A stretch of 64,000 nucleotides of DNA, taken from NCBI GenBank assembly GCA_035274465.1, contig DATEOF010000190.1, forward strand, positions 47,967 through 111,966, written 5' to 3'. The translations under genes and the position numbers were made by a program. Source of the DNA: Polyangiales bacterium (GTDB lineage Bacteria > Myxococcota_A > Polyangia > Polyangiales > JAFGIB01). Numbering within the stretch: position 1 is the first letter of the stretch; each line of letters starts with the position of its first letter. Positions 11,354-21,331 of the stretch are shown here, one piece after another. A model generated the notes under the pieces. That model ran no database searches and had not been told where the DNA came from. It worked only from the letters and a program-made list of their open reading frames with translations.

Positions 11354-11974
11354 ATGACTACGAAGTTCCGCATTGTGAGGTCACTCGCGTTGTTTGTCGC
11401 GTGCACGCAGGGGTCATGCACTGACGAAGGTCAGCGGGCGTCACTCGAGTTGGCGGATGCCGCACCGAAGCAGGTCATGCTCGAAGAGGTAGAGCTGCTC
11501 GATCACACCGGCTGGATCGAATATCCGAGGTCCGAAGATCCGCTGCCTTCACACGAACCCGAGCGGGTCGACTGCGGCCCGGCAGGCTGGTACGTCGAGC
11601 CGCTCCTGGAAGCGCCGGTGCTCGAGATCGACACGCGCTACTGCAACTATGCACTCCTCGAGCACCTCGCCGCCGTCGACGTCGCCGTAAGCGACGAGAT
11701 TACGCTCGAACTACGCCACTTCGATCTGCGCGCACCCGAGCCCACGCAGGCGCACATCGCGATCGTGTTCGACGACGCGGTCGAGTGGCAGACGTTCATC
11801 CCCATCCCGAGCGACGCCAGCGCGCAGGTCTACCAGTGGCGAGCGCGGCGCGCGCTGGCTGCCGGCGCTCCGATTCGGCTGCACCTGCACAATCATGGTC
11901 AGAACACCTGGATCGTAGCCAGCCTGCACGCGCGGGTGCATCCTACGCCGGCCACGAAAGGGGCAGGACCATGA
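11354..11974 (+). CDS. Hypothetical lipoprotein
   Basis: Signal MTTKFRIVRSLALFVACTQGSC. Its stop codon overlaps the start of the downstream crotonase gene (ATGA at 11971). Confidence 0.5.
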   Translation: MTTKFRIVRSLALFVACTQGSCTDEGQRASLELADAAPKQVMLEEVELLDHTGWIEYPRSEDPLPSHEPERVDCGPAGWYVEPLLEAPVLEIDTRYCNYALLEHLAAVDVAVSDEITLELRHFDLRAPEPTQAHIAIVFDDAVEWQTFIPIPSDASAQVYQWRARRALAAGAPIRLHLHNHGQNTWIVASLHARVHPTPATKGAGP

Positions 11975-12741
11975 CCGTCACGAACACGCGCCTGGCCGAG
12001 ATAGCGATCGTCACCATCGACCGACCCGAACGCCGCAACGCGGTCGATCCCGAGACGGCCGATCAGCTCGCAGAGGCGTTTCGCGCGTTCGATCGGGACG
12101 ACTCGTTGTCAGTTGCGATCCTCACCGGTGCAGACGGGAACTTCTGCGCCGGTGCGGACCTCAAGGCCTATGCCAGCGGTGCGGGACGACCGCTGCGCGA
12201 GCAGGGCGACGGCCCGATGGGTCCGACGCGCATGAAGCTGTCCAAGCCCGTGTTGGCTGCCGTCGAAGGCTACGCGGTCGCGGGTGGCTTCGAGCTCGCG
12301 GCGTGGTGCGACATGCGGATCGTCTCCACCACGGCGGTGTTCGGCGTCTTCTGCCGCAGGTTCGGCGTGCCGCTGATCGACCTTGGAACGGTGCGCTTGC
12401 CGCGGCTGATCGGACACAGTCGCGCGATGGATCTGATCCTCACCGGACGCGAGGTACGCGCCGACGAAGCGCTCGCGATGGGCATCGCAAACCGCGTCGT
12501 GCCCGCGGGACAGGCGCTCGCGGCGGCGACCGAGCTCGCGAAACAATTGGCTGCGCTGCCACAACAGTGCATGCGCAACGATCGCTTGTCGGCGATCGAG
12601 CAGTGGGGGCTCGACGACGCCTCCGCGCTGCGCAACGAGATGCAGCGCGGCCTCACCAGCATGCATTCCGGCGAAACGCGAGCAGGCATGCAAGCTTTCG
12701 CGAACGGCGCCGGTAGACACGGCGTGCCGCGCTCCGAGTGA
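11971..12741 (+). CDS. Enoyl-CoA hydratase/isomerase (crotonase) family protein
   Basis: Classic crotonase N-terminus: IAIVTIDRPERRNAVD...ILTGADGNFCAGADLKAY. Confidence 0.85.
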   Translation: MTVTNTRLAEIAIVTIDRPERRNAVDPETADQLAEAFRAFDRDDSLSVAILTGADGNFCAGADLKAYASGAGRPLREQGDGPMGPTRMKLSKPVLAAVEGYAVAGGFELAAWCDMRIVSTTAVFGVFCRRFGVPLIDLGTVRLPRLIGHSRAMDLILTGREVRADEALAMGIANRVVPAGQALAAATELAKQLAALPQQCMRNDRLSAIEQWGLDDASALRNEMQRGLTSMHSGETRAGMQAFANGAGRHGVPRSE

Positions 12742-12859
12742 GAAGCACTGCGTAAGCAGCTGCACCTGCGCGAACCAAAGCCAACTTTCTGTGGCCGGTC
12801 TTCGTAAATGGGCCCGACTCGCGGACATGGCTCCATACGTCGCGTCGCAGGGAGGCTCT

Positions 12860-14047
12860 ATGTTCGTTCTGACGGCCAACAAACTGTTGGCTGCCACGTC
12901 AATTGTGATCGCGCTGTGCAGCGCGACGGGTTGTGGTGATGACGACGGCGCTGACGAAGCGCGCGATGGGGGACCGCCGACGCCTCGCGCTGGGCGGGGT
13001 GGCAGCGGTGGCAGAGCAGGCGCGGGAGGCGCGTCTTCGCTCGTGCCGCTGCCGGACAAGACTGCCGGCAAGAGCTGCGACGCAGACAAGGACTGCGGAA
13101 GCGGCATGTGCCTGCAAACTTTTCAGGGCGCGTTCGGTGGCAGCGCCATGCAAGCGCCGGGCGGCTACTGCTCCGCCACTTGCATGACGAATGTCGATTG
13201 CGGAGCGGGGGGCACCTGTTCGGGCGCCTTCGCCGGCATCGGAGGAATCGGCGCCACAGCGGGGCGATGCTTGAAGAGTTGCAGCACGGACACCGAGTGT
13301 CGCGAGGGCTATCGATGCGTAAATGCGCTGGGAATGTCCGTGACCGATGCCGGCGTCCAGGACCCGACCGGCGGTCTGTTCGGCTCGAGTGGCTGCGAAC
13401 CCCTGCCTGCGGTCGACAAGCTCGGCGATGGAGTCGTCGGTTCGCCGTGCGAGGAGGCGAAAGACTGCGGAGCCGGACGTTGTCAGAAGACCACCGGCGG
13501 CATGACGTATCCCGGCGGTTACTGCACCGGCGCCTGCTTGAAGGACTCGGATTGTGGAGCCAAAGGCTCGTGCACGCCGGCGCTCTCGGGTGCGGGCACG
13601 TGCTACCTGGGCTGCGGTTCGGACAGCGATTGTCGCGAGGGCTATCGCTGCCGAGGAAACGGCGCGGTCATGCAATGCGTGCCGGGTGCACCGCCGCTCG
13701 CGGATGGCATCGCAGGCAGCGCATGCACTGCGGACGCGGATTGCGGCGGCGCAGCCATGTCGTGCGCGGCGCGCGTGGGCAACAGCAGCGCACCCGGTGG
13801 CTATTGCAGCCTGGCATGCGTCGACGACAGCGACTGCGGTTCGTCGGGGGCGTGCGTGGGCGGGCTCGGCGCGACCCTGGCAGGCATCCTGGGTCCGACC
13901 GGCGCCTGCTACGCAGCCTGCAGCGAGGCGGCCGATTGCCGCGAAGGCTACAGCTGCGCTCAGGCCGGCGGCTTCGGAAACATGTCGATGCAGAAAGTCT
14001 GCTCGGTCACGCCGCCCTCCGCTGCCGAGGACGCAGGCGTCGAATGA
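12860..14047 (+). CDS. Cys-rich repeat lipoprotein (about nine alternating DCGxGxC / DCREGYRC modules)
   Basis: Has an RBS GGAGG and signal MFVLTANKLLAATSIVIALCSATGC. Internal repeats include DKDCGSGMC, DTECREGYRC, AKDCGAGRC, DSDCREGYRC and AADCREGYSC. Confidence 0.7.
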   Translation: MFVLTANKLLAATSIVIALCSATGCGDDDGADEARDGGPPTPRAGRGGSGGRAGAGGASSLVPLPDKTAGKSCDADKDCGSGMCLQTFQGAFGGSAMQAPGGYCSATCMTNVDCGAGGTCSGAFAGIGGIGATAGRCLKSCSTDTECREGYRCVNALGMSVTDAGVQDPTGGLFGSSGCEPLPAVDKLGDGVVGSPCEEAKDCGAGRCQKTTGGMTYPGGYCTGACLKDSDCGAKGSCTPALSGAGTCYLGCGSDSDCREGYRCRGNGAVMQCVPGAPPLADGIAGSACTADADCGGAAMSCAARVGNSSAPGGYCSLACVDDSDCGSSGACVGGLGATLAGILGPTGACYAACSEAADCREGYSCAQAGGFGNMSMQKVCSVTPPSAAEDAGVE

Positions 14048-14049
14048 CG

Positions 14050-14910
14050 CTAGCGCAATAGGGGTTCGAGCGCGGCTGCGACGGTCGTCGTACCGCGGAT
14101 CGTCTCGCCACGGCCTTCCCACGCGAGACGACCGCTGCGGATGCACGCGAAGAGCTCGCGGTACAATTCGGCGAAGTCGCTGGAGCAGCCGAGATTCTTG
14201 AACGTCGGGACCACGGCTTCGAGCGGTGCTTCTGCGACGCTCACGCTGCGGCCGAGCAGCTGGCTGACGCTCCGGGCCACGTCGTTCGGGCTCGGGTCCT
14301 CGGGGCCCGAGAGCTCGATCACGCGCACGCCGCGAGGTCCGTCGAGGAGGGCTTGCGCCGCGACCTCGCCGATGTCGCGCGTCGCGACCATCGGGATGCG
14401 CAGATCGGCAGGGAAGAAGGCGGGCAGCACGCCATCCTGCTTCGCCGCCGGCAATACAGTGGCCCAGTTCTCGATGAAGTACGCCGCACGCACGAAGGTG
14501 GACGGCACGCCCGCAGCTCGCAGCTGCAGCTCGGCGTTGCGTGTGGAAATGATCGGGCCCGTGCCCTCGGCCTGGTCCGCCCCGATCGACGAGAGCAACA
14601 CCACGTGCTTCACGCCTGCCCGCGCGATGCTGCCGGCGATGCGCTCGGTGAGCTGCTTGCGTTCGGCGAGGAACGACTCGGACGTGGGGTCCGGAGGAGA
14701 CAGGTAGTAGAGGCCGTCGGCTCCGCGCAGCGCCTCGGTGAGCGCGGTCTGGTCGTTCAAATCCGCGATCACCACCTCGGCACCTTGCGCTGCCAGCGCC
14801 GACACCTTCTCCGGCTTTCGCACGATCAACCTGACGCGCTTGCCCGAGGCGAGCAGGCGCTTGGCGACGATGCTTCCCGTGTTGCCCGTGGCTCCTGTGA
14901 CGACGTACAT
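14050..14910 (-). CDS. NmrA-like / atypical SDR NAD(P)-binding oxidoreductase
   Basis: Rossmann-type N-terminus MYVVTGATGNTGSIVAKRLL. Divergent from the LysR regulator gene. Confidence 0.8.
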   Translation of the reverse strand: MYVVTGATGNTGSIVAKRLLASGKRVRLIVRKPEKVSALAAQGAEVVIADLNDQTALTEALRGADGLYYLSPPDPTSESFLAERKQLTERIAGSIARAGVKHVVLLSSIGADQAEGTGPIISTRNAELQLRAAGVPSTFVRAAYFIENWATVLPAAKQDGVLPAFFPADLRIPMVATRDIGEVAAQALLDGPRGVRVIELSGPEDPSPNDVARSVSQLLGRSVSVAEAPLEAVVPTFKNLGCSSDFAELYRELFACIRSGRLAWEGRGETIRGTTTVAAALEPLLR

Positions 14911-14987
14911 GGTTCCGCTCCTTGTGTTGACACGGCAGTCTGCGCGGGACACGGGCATCGATCCAATGCATACTTGGCACGGTCATC

Positions 14988-15896
14988 ATGTATTCCATGC
15001 ATAGTCCGAAGCTCAGCTCGATCGATCTCAACCTGCTCGTCGTGCTGGAGGCGTTGCTGAGCGAGCGCCACGTGACACGGGCGGCCGCCCGCGTCGGCTT
15101 GAGCCAATCCGCGACGAGCCACGCGCTCACGCGGTTGCGCGCGCTGTATCGTGATCCGCTGCTCGTGCGCAGCGCCGGAAAGCTGGCGCTCACGCCTCGC
15201 GCGCACGCCGTGGTGCCGGTGGTCACGCGCGCGCTGGCGGAGCTACACGGCACGATCACCGGCGAGCCGGCGTTCGAACCGCGCGCCTCCGAGCGCGTGT
15301 TTCGGGTGGGCGCCCACGACTACGCGCAAGCCGCGGTGCTGCCGCTGCTGCTCTCGCACATGGAGCAGGAGGCTCCCGGCATCGGCCTGTCCTTCGTACA
15401 CGCGCCCAACCTGACCGAGCTGCTGGCGGAGGGACAGCTGGACTTGGCGTTCCATGTCGGGGCCGTGCCGAGCCCGCTGCAACAGCAGACGTTGTTCAGC
15501 GAGGGCTTCGTGTGCATGGTGCGCAAGCAGCACCCGAGCGTGAAGGGCAAGCTCACGCTGGCGCAGTACTTGAGCCAACGCCACATCGTGGTCGCACCTT
15601 CGGGAGCACCGGGCAGCGTCGTCGACACCGAGCTCGCCAAGCGCGGCAAGCAACGGCGCGTCGCCTTGCACGTGTCCAGCTTCCTGGTGGTGCCGGTGCT
15701 CGTCATCAAGTCCGACCTGATCAGCACGGGACCCGAACGCCTCGCACGCAGGTTCGCCACGGTCTACCCGGTGCGCCTGCTGCCGCCGCCGTTGCCCTTG
15801 CCGCGCTTCACGTTCTCGATGGTCTGGCACGCGCGCGTCGAGAACGATCCGGCGCACGTCTGGTTGCGCAACACCATCGCGAGCCTCCTGCGCTAG
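14988..15896 (+). CDS. LysR family transcriptional regulator
   Basis: N-terminal HTH (LNLLVVLEALLSERHVTRAAARVGLSQSATSHAL) plus a substrate-binding domain. Shows the classic divergent arrangement. Confidence 0.85.
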   Translation: MYSMHSPKLSSIDLNLLVVLEALLSERHVTRAAARVGLSQSATSHALTRLRALYRDPLLVRSAGKLALTPRAHAVVPVVTRALAELHGTITGEPAFEPRASERVFRVGAHDYAQAAVLPLLLSHMEQEAPGIGLSFVHAPNLTELLAEGQLDLAFHVGAVPSPLQQQTLFSEGFVCMVRKQHPSVKGKLTLAQYLSQRHIVVAPSGAPGSVVDTELAKRGKQRRVALHVSSFLVVPVLVIKSDLISTGPERLARRFATVYPVRLLPPPLPLPRFTFSMVWHARVENDPAHVWLRNTIASLLR

Positions 15897-15900
15897 CAGC

Positions 15901-16839
15901 TCACCAGTGGATCAGGTGCATGTTGATCAGCGCGGCCGCCTCGGGTGGCTCCGAGGCCGCGACGATGCTGCGCACCTCGCGAAACGTCGCGGTCAGCAGC
16001 TCGCGAATCCGCGCGAGATCGGCCGCGTTGCACGAGATGACGTTGTATGCGAGCCAGTCGACTTCCTTCGGCGCCAGCGCACGCGCGCCCGCGACTTCGG
16101 CCCAGTGGTGGCGGAGCCTTTGCATCGCGCGCGGATCCGTGCCCGTATCGACCGTCAGTGGGTGCGTTCGATAGCGCTCGCCGTCCCAGGCGATCACGTT
16201 CGCGCGCGTCAGCGCCGAGAGGCAGCGCGCTTCGTCCGCGACCGAGATGCCGAGCCGCTCTGCGAAATCTCCGGGTTGGTTCGAGTACGAACCCCGCGCG
16301 TCCTCGGTCTCGAGCAGGCGCAGGATGGCTTCCGTCCACGGTTCGTCGAAGGCCAACCGCTTGGCTGCGACGATCGCCTGGTGACGCGCCGCGAGCGCGG
16401 GGATCTCCTCGATCGGTACGAGCTCCGCGACCAGCTCCGGAACGCGGCCGGTGATCACGTCGACCAGGTGCAAGAAGTCGGGCAACCGCGGCTCCGAGCC
16501 GCCGGATAGCCAGCGTGCCAGGGCGGCGCGGGAGTGCCCCGTTCCGCGGGCGAGCGCGGCGATCGACGTGTTGCCCGCGAGGCGAGTGAGCCAGCTCCCG
16601 AGCTGAAAACCCGCCTCCGAGGGCTGCAAGGCCACGCGCGGCGTGAAGCGAGCAAACGCGGCCGCGACGTCCTTGCCGACGCGTGCCGCCGCCCTCAGCG
16701 CCTCCCCCGCGGTGGGGTAGCGGCGGCCATGCTCCCAGTCGGTGATTGGATTCGCGCGGTAGCCGAGGCGCCGTGCGAATGCACGCTGTGAGCGGCGGCC
16801 GCGCAGGGCGCGCAGTAGCTGCGATGCGACGAGCTCCAT
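15901..16839 (-). CDS. HTH-containing regulator-like protein (TIGR02147 / DUF4423-type family)
   Basis: N-terminal HTH-like segment (QRAFARRLGYRANPITDWEHGRRYP). The overall pattern is that of the myxobacterial/Fibrobacter paralogous family. Confidence 0.5.
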   Translation of the reverse strand: MELVASQLLRALRGRRSQRAFARRLGYRANPITDWEHGRRYPTAGEALRAAARVGKDVAAAFARFTPRVALQPSEAGFQLGSWLTRLAGNTSIAALARGTGHSRAALARWLSGGSEPRLPDFLHLVDVITGRVPELVAELVPIEEIPALAARHQAIVAAKRLAFDEPWTEAILRLLETEDARGSYSNQPGDFAERLGISVADEARCLSALTRANVIAWDGERYRTHPLTVDTGTDPRAMQRLRHHWAEVAGARALAPKEVDWLAYNVISCNAADLARIRELLTATFREVRSIVAASEPPEAAALINMHLIHW

Positions 16840-16964
16840 TTGCCCAGATTAGCGCAGCTTCTGTCCATTCTGCAGTATGTTTTGCACTAAATCGGGCAAC
16901 TAGCACCTTGCTGCAGGGTCGGTGACTTGTCAGTCTGGCTTTCAGTCGAAGTGGGGAGAGAACC

Positions 16965-18497
16965 ATGTCTCAGCGTTCGGTCTGCTTTGCCGCACTGGCG
17001 TTGCTGCTCGTAGCTGCATCCGCTTGCGAATACTCGGCTCGGGTCTCCCTGCCGAAGCGCGGCGTGGGTAGCGAGCCGCCCCCGATCGATCCGATCGGGG
17101 GCGGGCAGTCCGGCGGTGAAGGACAGACCGCGTGCACCAAGAGCGACCAGCCGCTCGCTGCAGCCGTCAGCGACGGGCTGCACGTGGCAGCGCTCGTCGG
17201 TCGTTTCGAGGCGGCGCTCGAGTCCAGCCCGCCGTTGCAGTGGTTTCCCAAGATCCGCGGGCGCACTCCGATCGCGCTCACGCGTCTCGCGCTCACGCTG
17301 GAGAGCACTGCCGATACGGCTGACGTCGGGTGCAGCTGCTTCACGCTCCCCGCACAGCTGCGCCTGCGCAGCGAAGACGGTCTGCTCGACGCACGCTTCG
17401 AGGGCACCTTGAATGGCATGACCTCCGGCGCGCCCGCGATCTCGGTCGTGGCCACGCTGGTGGACGGCGAGTTGCGGGAAGGCCCCGAGACAGCCGGCGT
17501 CGACGTGCGAGGACCGATCGCGCTCGAGCTGACGTGGGTCGCCGGCACGCCCGAGACGCTCTCCGGAAACCTGAACGACCTGACTGCCAGCGCCGAACCC
17601 ATCGCGTACATCGGTCAGCCGGCCGGCGTGAACTGGAGCGACGCGGGTCAGCTCGCAGGGCTGCACACGTTCAAGTCGTCCGACCTGCAACGCCGCGTGT
17701 GCGCCGCGCAGACGCCGACCACGCGCGCGGAGTTCGCGTCGGAGGAAGAGCTACGCGACAAGATGACGAGGATTTGGGTGGTGTGCAGCGGCACGGGCGC
17801 CGTCTCCGCGGATTTCGCTGGATTCAGGGTCGACGCCCTCGGCCGCTGGCACGAGCTGCGCGTCGAAGCTGGCGAGCTGTGGGCCGTACAAGGCTTCGAG
17901 CACGAGGGACAGTTCGCGCGCAACGTGTTCGGCGACGACTTCAACTTGGCGCTCCTCGACTGGCTTCCGGCGCGCTACGAGTTCGCGACGGCCGAGCTCT
18001 CGGCCGACGAACAGACACTACGCATCAAGGCGCAACAGACGGATTCGTACCTCGACGCCACGTTCCAGGCGATGAACGGAGGCATCCTGTACCCGCAGAC
18101 GGGGCGCAGCGAGGGCGAGCGCGCCGGCCTCGCCGGCTGTGACGAGCAGGAGGTCGACGTGATCAGTCGACCTGGATCCAAGGCCGAGTTGCGTGAGCTG
18201 TTGGTCGGACGCTGGCTGTTCTGCCGCGGCCGCTTCGGTACGCAGCACGCCGGCATCGAGATCTCGGCAGACAACACGTATCGCTACCTACAGGCCGACG
18301 GCAGCCCGGTACGTGGTTCCGATGGCACGTACCTGATCATCGACACCTCGGAAGCCAACGGCCCCAATGCCTTCCAGATCAACCTGAGGAGTGGAGGAGT
18401 GGACGGCGACGTCACGCTCGGCATGCCGATCTTCGCCAAAACACCCCTCAAGATGCTCGCGCGCGACGACTTCGCCAGCGTGCTCAGCGCGTTCTGA
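16965..18497 (+). CDS. Secreted hypothetical lipoprotein
   Basis: Signal MSQRSVCFAALALLLVAASAC; 510 aa; no family recognised. Confidence 0.55.
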   Translation: MSQRSVCFAALALLLVAASACEYSARVSLPKRGVGSEPPPIDPIGGGQSGGEGQTACTKSDQPLAAAVSDGLHVAALVGRFEAALESSPPLQWFPKIRGRTPIALTRLALTLESTADTADVGCSCFTLPAQLRLRSEDGLLDARFEGTLNGMTSGAPAISVVATLVDGELREGPETAGVDVRGPIALELTWVAGTPETLSGNLNDLTASAEPIAYIGQPAGVNWSDAGQLAGLHTFKSSDLQRRVCAAQTPTTRAEFASEEELRDKMTRIWVVCSGTGAVSADFAGFRVDALGRWHELRVEAGELWAVQGFEHEGQFARNVFGDDFNLALLDWLPARYEFATAELSADEQTLRIKAQQTDSYLDATFQAMNGGILYPQTGRSEGERAGLAGCDEQEVDVISRPGSKAELRELLVGRWLFCRGRFGTQHAGIEISADNTYRYLQADGSPVRGSDGTYLIIDTSEANGPNAFQINLRSGGVDGDVTLGMPIFAKTPLKMLARDDFASVLSAF

Positions 18498-18501
18498 GGC
18501 T

Positions 18502-19509
18502 TCAGCGCGCCTTGCAGCCGATCCACGGCTGTTCGACGCTCGCGGGGTCGTGGATCACGATGCTCGGCACGTCTTGCTGCGTCTCGACGAACGCCAGGCG
18601 CTGGTTCAAGCGAAACACGCCCGCCGCCGTCAGCTGCTCACCCTCGACGTGCATCTTGTCACCGTGCAGCGAGCACACGCGTTTACCCGCGGCGAAGTAG
18701 TAGGCGCCGTCGAGCTCGGCGATGCCGTGGAAGCCGTCCGGGCCGTTGCCGACCAGACGAAATCCCTTCGGATCCCCGCGGAACACGCCGCCAGTGCTCG
18801 AGCAGATGTGCACCTGCTCCGGCGTGACCCAGACGCCGCTCAGGTCCTCGCGCTCGTAGCCCTCGGGCATCGCGACGTGCTTCCAGCCTTTGCCCGCGTA
18901 GTGCAGGATCACCCCGCGGCGTCCGACGGCCCAGACGTTGTCGGCGGCGCTACCGTGCACGGCCTGAATCGCGTAGCCGCCTTCGACGTAGCTGTGGCGC
19001 CAGACCTTGCCGTTCCAGTGCAGCAGCTTGCCTTCGCGCGTGCTCGCGTGCACGTCGGAGTCCGAGCTGCCCCAGAGCGCCGTCACGCGGCAAATGGTCT
19101 CGTCCGGACGCAACGGCAGCTCGATCGCCTTCCATTGAAAGTCGGGATCGACCTGCTCCCAATCGACGCCGTCGATCGCGCTCGTGTCCCAGTCGACCGC
19201 AGCGGTGGTCCAGACGTTGCCGAGCGCGGAACCGACCCACAGGTTACCTTCCGGCGATGCCCAGATGGTCGCGAGGTTGTCGTTCGTGCTGAGCGCCGTA
19301 GCCGCCTTGGCCTTCACGCCGTCGAGCTCGAAGCGGTACACCTGACCGACTGCATTCTTCGGATCGGCTTCCGGGTAGTCGGTCAGCACCGCGTACGGCG
19401 TCCACTTGTTCGCGGGCTCGGCCACGCTGATGAAGCGACGGATCGATTTCGGTTCGGAACCTTCTTGCGAGCTCACGATCCCCTCCGGAGTGTTCTCGGC
19501 CTCTAGCAC
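18502..19509 (-). CDS. Beta-propeller-like repeat protein (Ycf48/BNR-like repeats), hypothetical
   Basis: Repeated GxxxxVW(A/T) segments (NLWVGSALGNVWTT, NVWAVGRRGVILHY, GVWVTPEQV). Confidence 0.55.
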   Translation of the reverse strand: MLEAENTPEGIVSSQEGSEPKSIRRFISVAEPANKWTPYAVLTDYPEADPKNAVGQVYRFELDGVKAKAATALSTNDNLATIWASPEGNLWVGSALGNVWTTAAVDWDTSAIDGVDWEQVDPDFQWKAIELPLRPDETICRVTALWGSSDSDVHASTREGKLLHWNGKVWRHSYVEGGYAIQAVHGSAADNVWAVGRRGVILHYAGKGWKHVAMPEGYEREDLSGVWVTPEQVHICSSTGGVFRGDPKGFRLVGNGPDGFHGIAELDGAYYFAAGKRVCSLHGDKMHVEGEQLTAAGVFRLNQRLAFVETQQDVPSIVIHDPASVEQPWIGCKAR

Positions 19510-19599
19510 TAAGCCCCGCCCCGGTAAAGTGCGCCACCCCGACCCGCAACGGTTGGCGGCGCCGCCTACAGCGGCTTTGCCTGCGCCACTCGAAAGCGC

Positions 19600-20226
19600 C
19601 TACGCGAGCGGCACGTCGAGCACGCCGCGCGTCGCAGGTCGGGTACTCACCTGATCATACCAGCGCTCCAGTTGCGGGTGCGGCGCGTGGTCGCGCGGCA
19701 AGCTCCAGAAACGATGCACCTCACAGGCGATCGGGATGTCCGCCATCGTGAAGCCCTCGCCGGCGATGAAGCGTCGCGTGGCGAGCAGACTGTCCAGCAT
19801 CGACAACAAGGGCTCGGTCGCGGCGACCGACTTCGCGAGCACCGACTCGTCGCGGGCGGCAGCAGGCGTACGGATCAGCTGCCAGAACGCGTCGCGACCC
19901 GCGGGATTGAGCGTGGTCTGCTGCCAGTCCATCCAGCGCTCGGCTTCGAAACGCTCGCGCAGCGGCGAAGGACACAGCGCGCCGTTTGAATGCTTCGCGC
20001 ACAGATAGCGCACGATGACGTTCGACTCCCAGAGCACGAAGCCACCGTCGTCGATGACCGGCACCTTCGCATTTGGATTCATGCGCAGATACTCGGGCGT
20101 GTTCACCACACCGAACTCGCGCCCAGCCTTCACGTGCTGAAACTCCAACCCGAGCTCCCGCGCCACCCAAACCACCTTGCGAACATTGATCGAGGTGATC
20201 CGGCCCCAGATCGTGAGGTTGGCCAT
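19600..20226 (-). CDS. Glutathione S-transferase
   Basis: GST N-terminal thioredoxin-like fold (ITIWGRITSINVRKV...VPVIDDGGFVLWESNVI) and a C-terminal helical domain. Confidence 0.85.
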   Translation of the reverse strand: MANLTIWGRITSINVRKVVWVARELGLEFQHVKAGREFGVVNTPEYLRMNPNAKVPVIDDGGFVLWESNVIVRYLCAKHSNGALCPSPLRERFEAERWMDWQQTTLNPAGRDAFWQLIRTPAAARDESVLAKSVAATEPLLSMLDSLLATRRFIAGEGFTMADIPIACEVHRFWSLPRDHAPHPQLERWYDQVSTRPATRGVLDVPLA

Positions 20227-20236
20227 GACTTGCTCC

Positions 20237-20755
20237 TCAACGCTGGATGCGTAGCCTACCCATGAAGTCGCGCTTGCCCAGCGGCACGCCCTTGCCGCGC
20301 AGGATGTCGTACGCGGTCGTGGCGTGGAAGTAGAGGTTGGGCAGCGAGAACGAGAGCACGAAATCGGCGGCAGTGAAGCGCAGCTTGCGCTCGCCGGCCT
20401 CGAACGTCACCTCGGCGGATTCGCGCGCGTTGAACTGCTCGGGCGTGATGTGCCCGAGCATGTCGAGCACCTGCCCGACCTTGGCCTGTAGCGCCGCGTA
20501 GTCCTCCCGCTGACCTCGACTCGGCATGAACGTTCCCTGCTCGATGGCCCGCACGGTGCCGAGCGAGTGATGGACGACGGAGTGGATCTGGAAGTGAAAC
20601 GGCAGCATGTCGGGATGGATCCGTGCATCCACCAGCTCATCCAGCGCAATGCCATGCTCGCGACAGTGACCCGCCGCGCGCTCCAGGAAGTGGCTGACCG
20701 CGCCGAGCGTTTGGAGATAGTTCGCAATACTCACGTCGTAGAGGGAAATCGCCAT
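20237..20755 (-). CDS. DUF1993 family protein
   Basis: Characteristic C-terminus NLYFHATTAYDILRGKGVPLGKRDFMG. A paralog lies at 45775-46281. Confidence 0.7.
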   Translation of the reverse strand: MAISLYDVSIANYLQTLGAVSHFLERAAGHCREHGIALDELVDARIHPDMLPFHFQIHSVVHHSLGTVRAIEQGTFMPSRGQREDYAALQAKVGQVLDMLGHITPEQFNARESAEVTFEAGERKLRFTAADFVLSFSLPNLYFHATTAYDILRGKGVPLGKRDFMGRLRIQR

Positions 20756-20802
20756 GGGCGCGGATGATATCTCCACCCCGGCGCGTTCGCGAGCATCCCC
20801 GC

Positions 20803-20834
20803 TTGACTCTGGAATCGATTCCAGGGCGTAGAGT
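20803..20834 (+). promoter_or_regulatory. MerR-type promoter: TTGACT, then a 20-bp spacer containing the perfect dyad CTGGAATCGATTCCAG, then TAGAGT
   Basis: The -35-like TTGACT is at 20803-20808 and the -10-like TAGAGT at 20829-20834. The 16-bp perfect palindrome at 20809-20824 sits inside the elongated spacer, which is the hallmark of MerR/CueR-regulated promoters. The GTG start of merR is at 20841. Confidence 0.5.
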
Positions 20835-20840
20835 GCCCGG

Positions 20841-21314
20841 GTGACTCACGAGAACCGAGGCCTGCGCATCGGGGAGCTGGCTCGCCAGTCCGGGCTGAGC
20901 GTCGATACGCTCCGGCACTACGAACGCCTGCAGCTGTTGCCAGTCTTGCGCCGCACCGAGGGCGGGTTCCGGCAATATCCGCCCGACGCCGTGCGGCGCG
21001 TGAAGGTGATCCAGCAGGCGCTTGCGATCGGCTTCGGCCTGGAAGAGCTGTCCAGCTTCTTCAAGGAGCGCACAGCCGGCCGCGCGCCGTGTCGAGCGGT
21101 GCGGCGTCTCGCGCAAGCGAAGTTCGAGGCGCTCGAGCAGTACATCCAGCGCTTGCTCGCGGGGCGCGAAGCGTTGCATGCGCTGCTCGAGAACTGGGAT
21201 GAGCGCTTGCACGCAGCACAAGGCCAGCCAGCGCGCTTGCTCGACTCGCTCGCCGAGCTCGAACCGTTCCCCGCAAACCTCTCGCCGCGCCTGCCCCGAA
21301 AACGGTCCCGTTGA
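20841..21314 (+). CDS. MerR family transcriptional regulator
   Basis: HTH LRIGELARQSGLSVDTLRHYERLQLL and a coiled-coil dimerisation region. A Cys is present near the C-terminal part (GRAPC). Confidence 0.8.
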   Translation: MTHENRGLRIGELARQSGLSVDTLRHYERLQLLPVLRRTEGGFRQYPPDAVRRVKVIQQALAIGFGLEELSSFFKERTAGRAPCRAVRRLAQAKFEALEQYIQRLLAGREALHALLENWDERLHAAQGQPARLLDSLAELEPFPANLSPRLPRKRSR

Positions 21315-21331
21315 AAGAAGGAGGCTCGATC

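Noticed and set aside
12899-15259. 786-aa minus-strand ORF
   Set aside because: It spans three well-supported plus/minus genes (the Cys-rich lipoprotein, NmrA-like and LysR) in the wrong frame, and its content is Arg/Ala junk.
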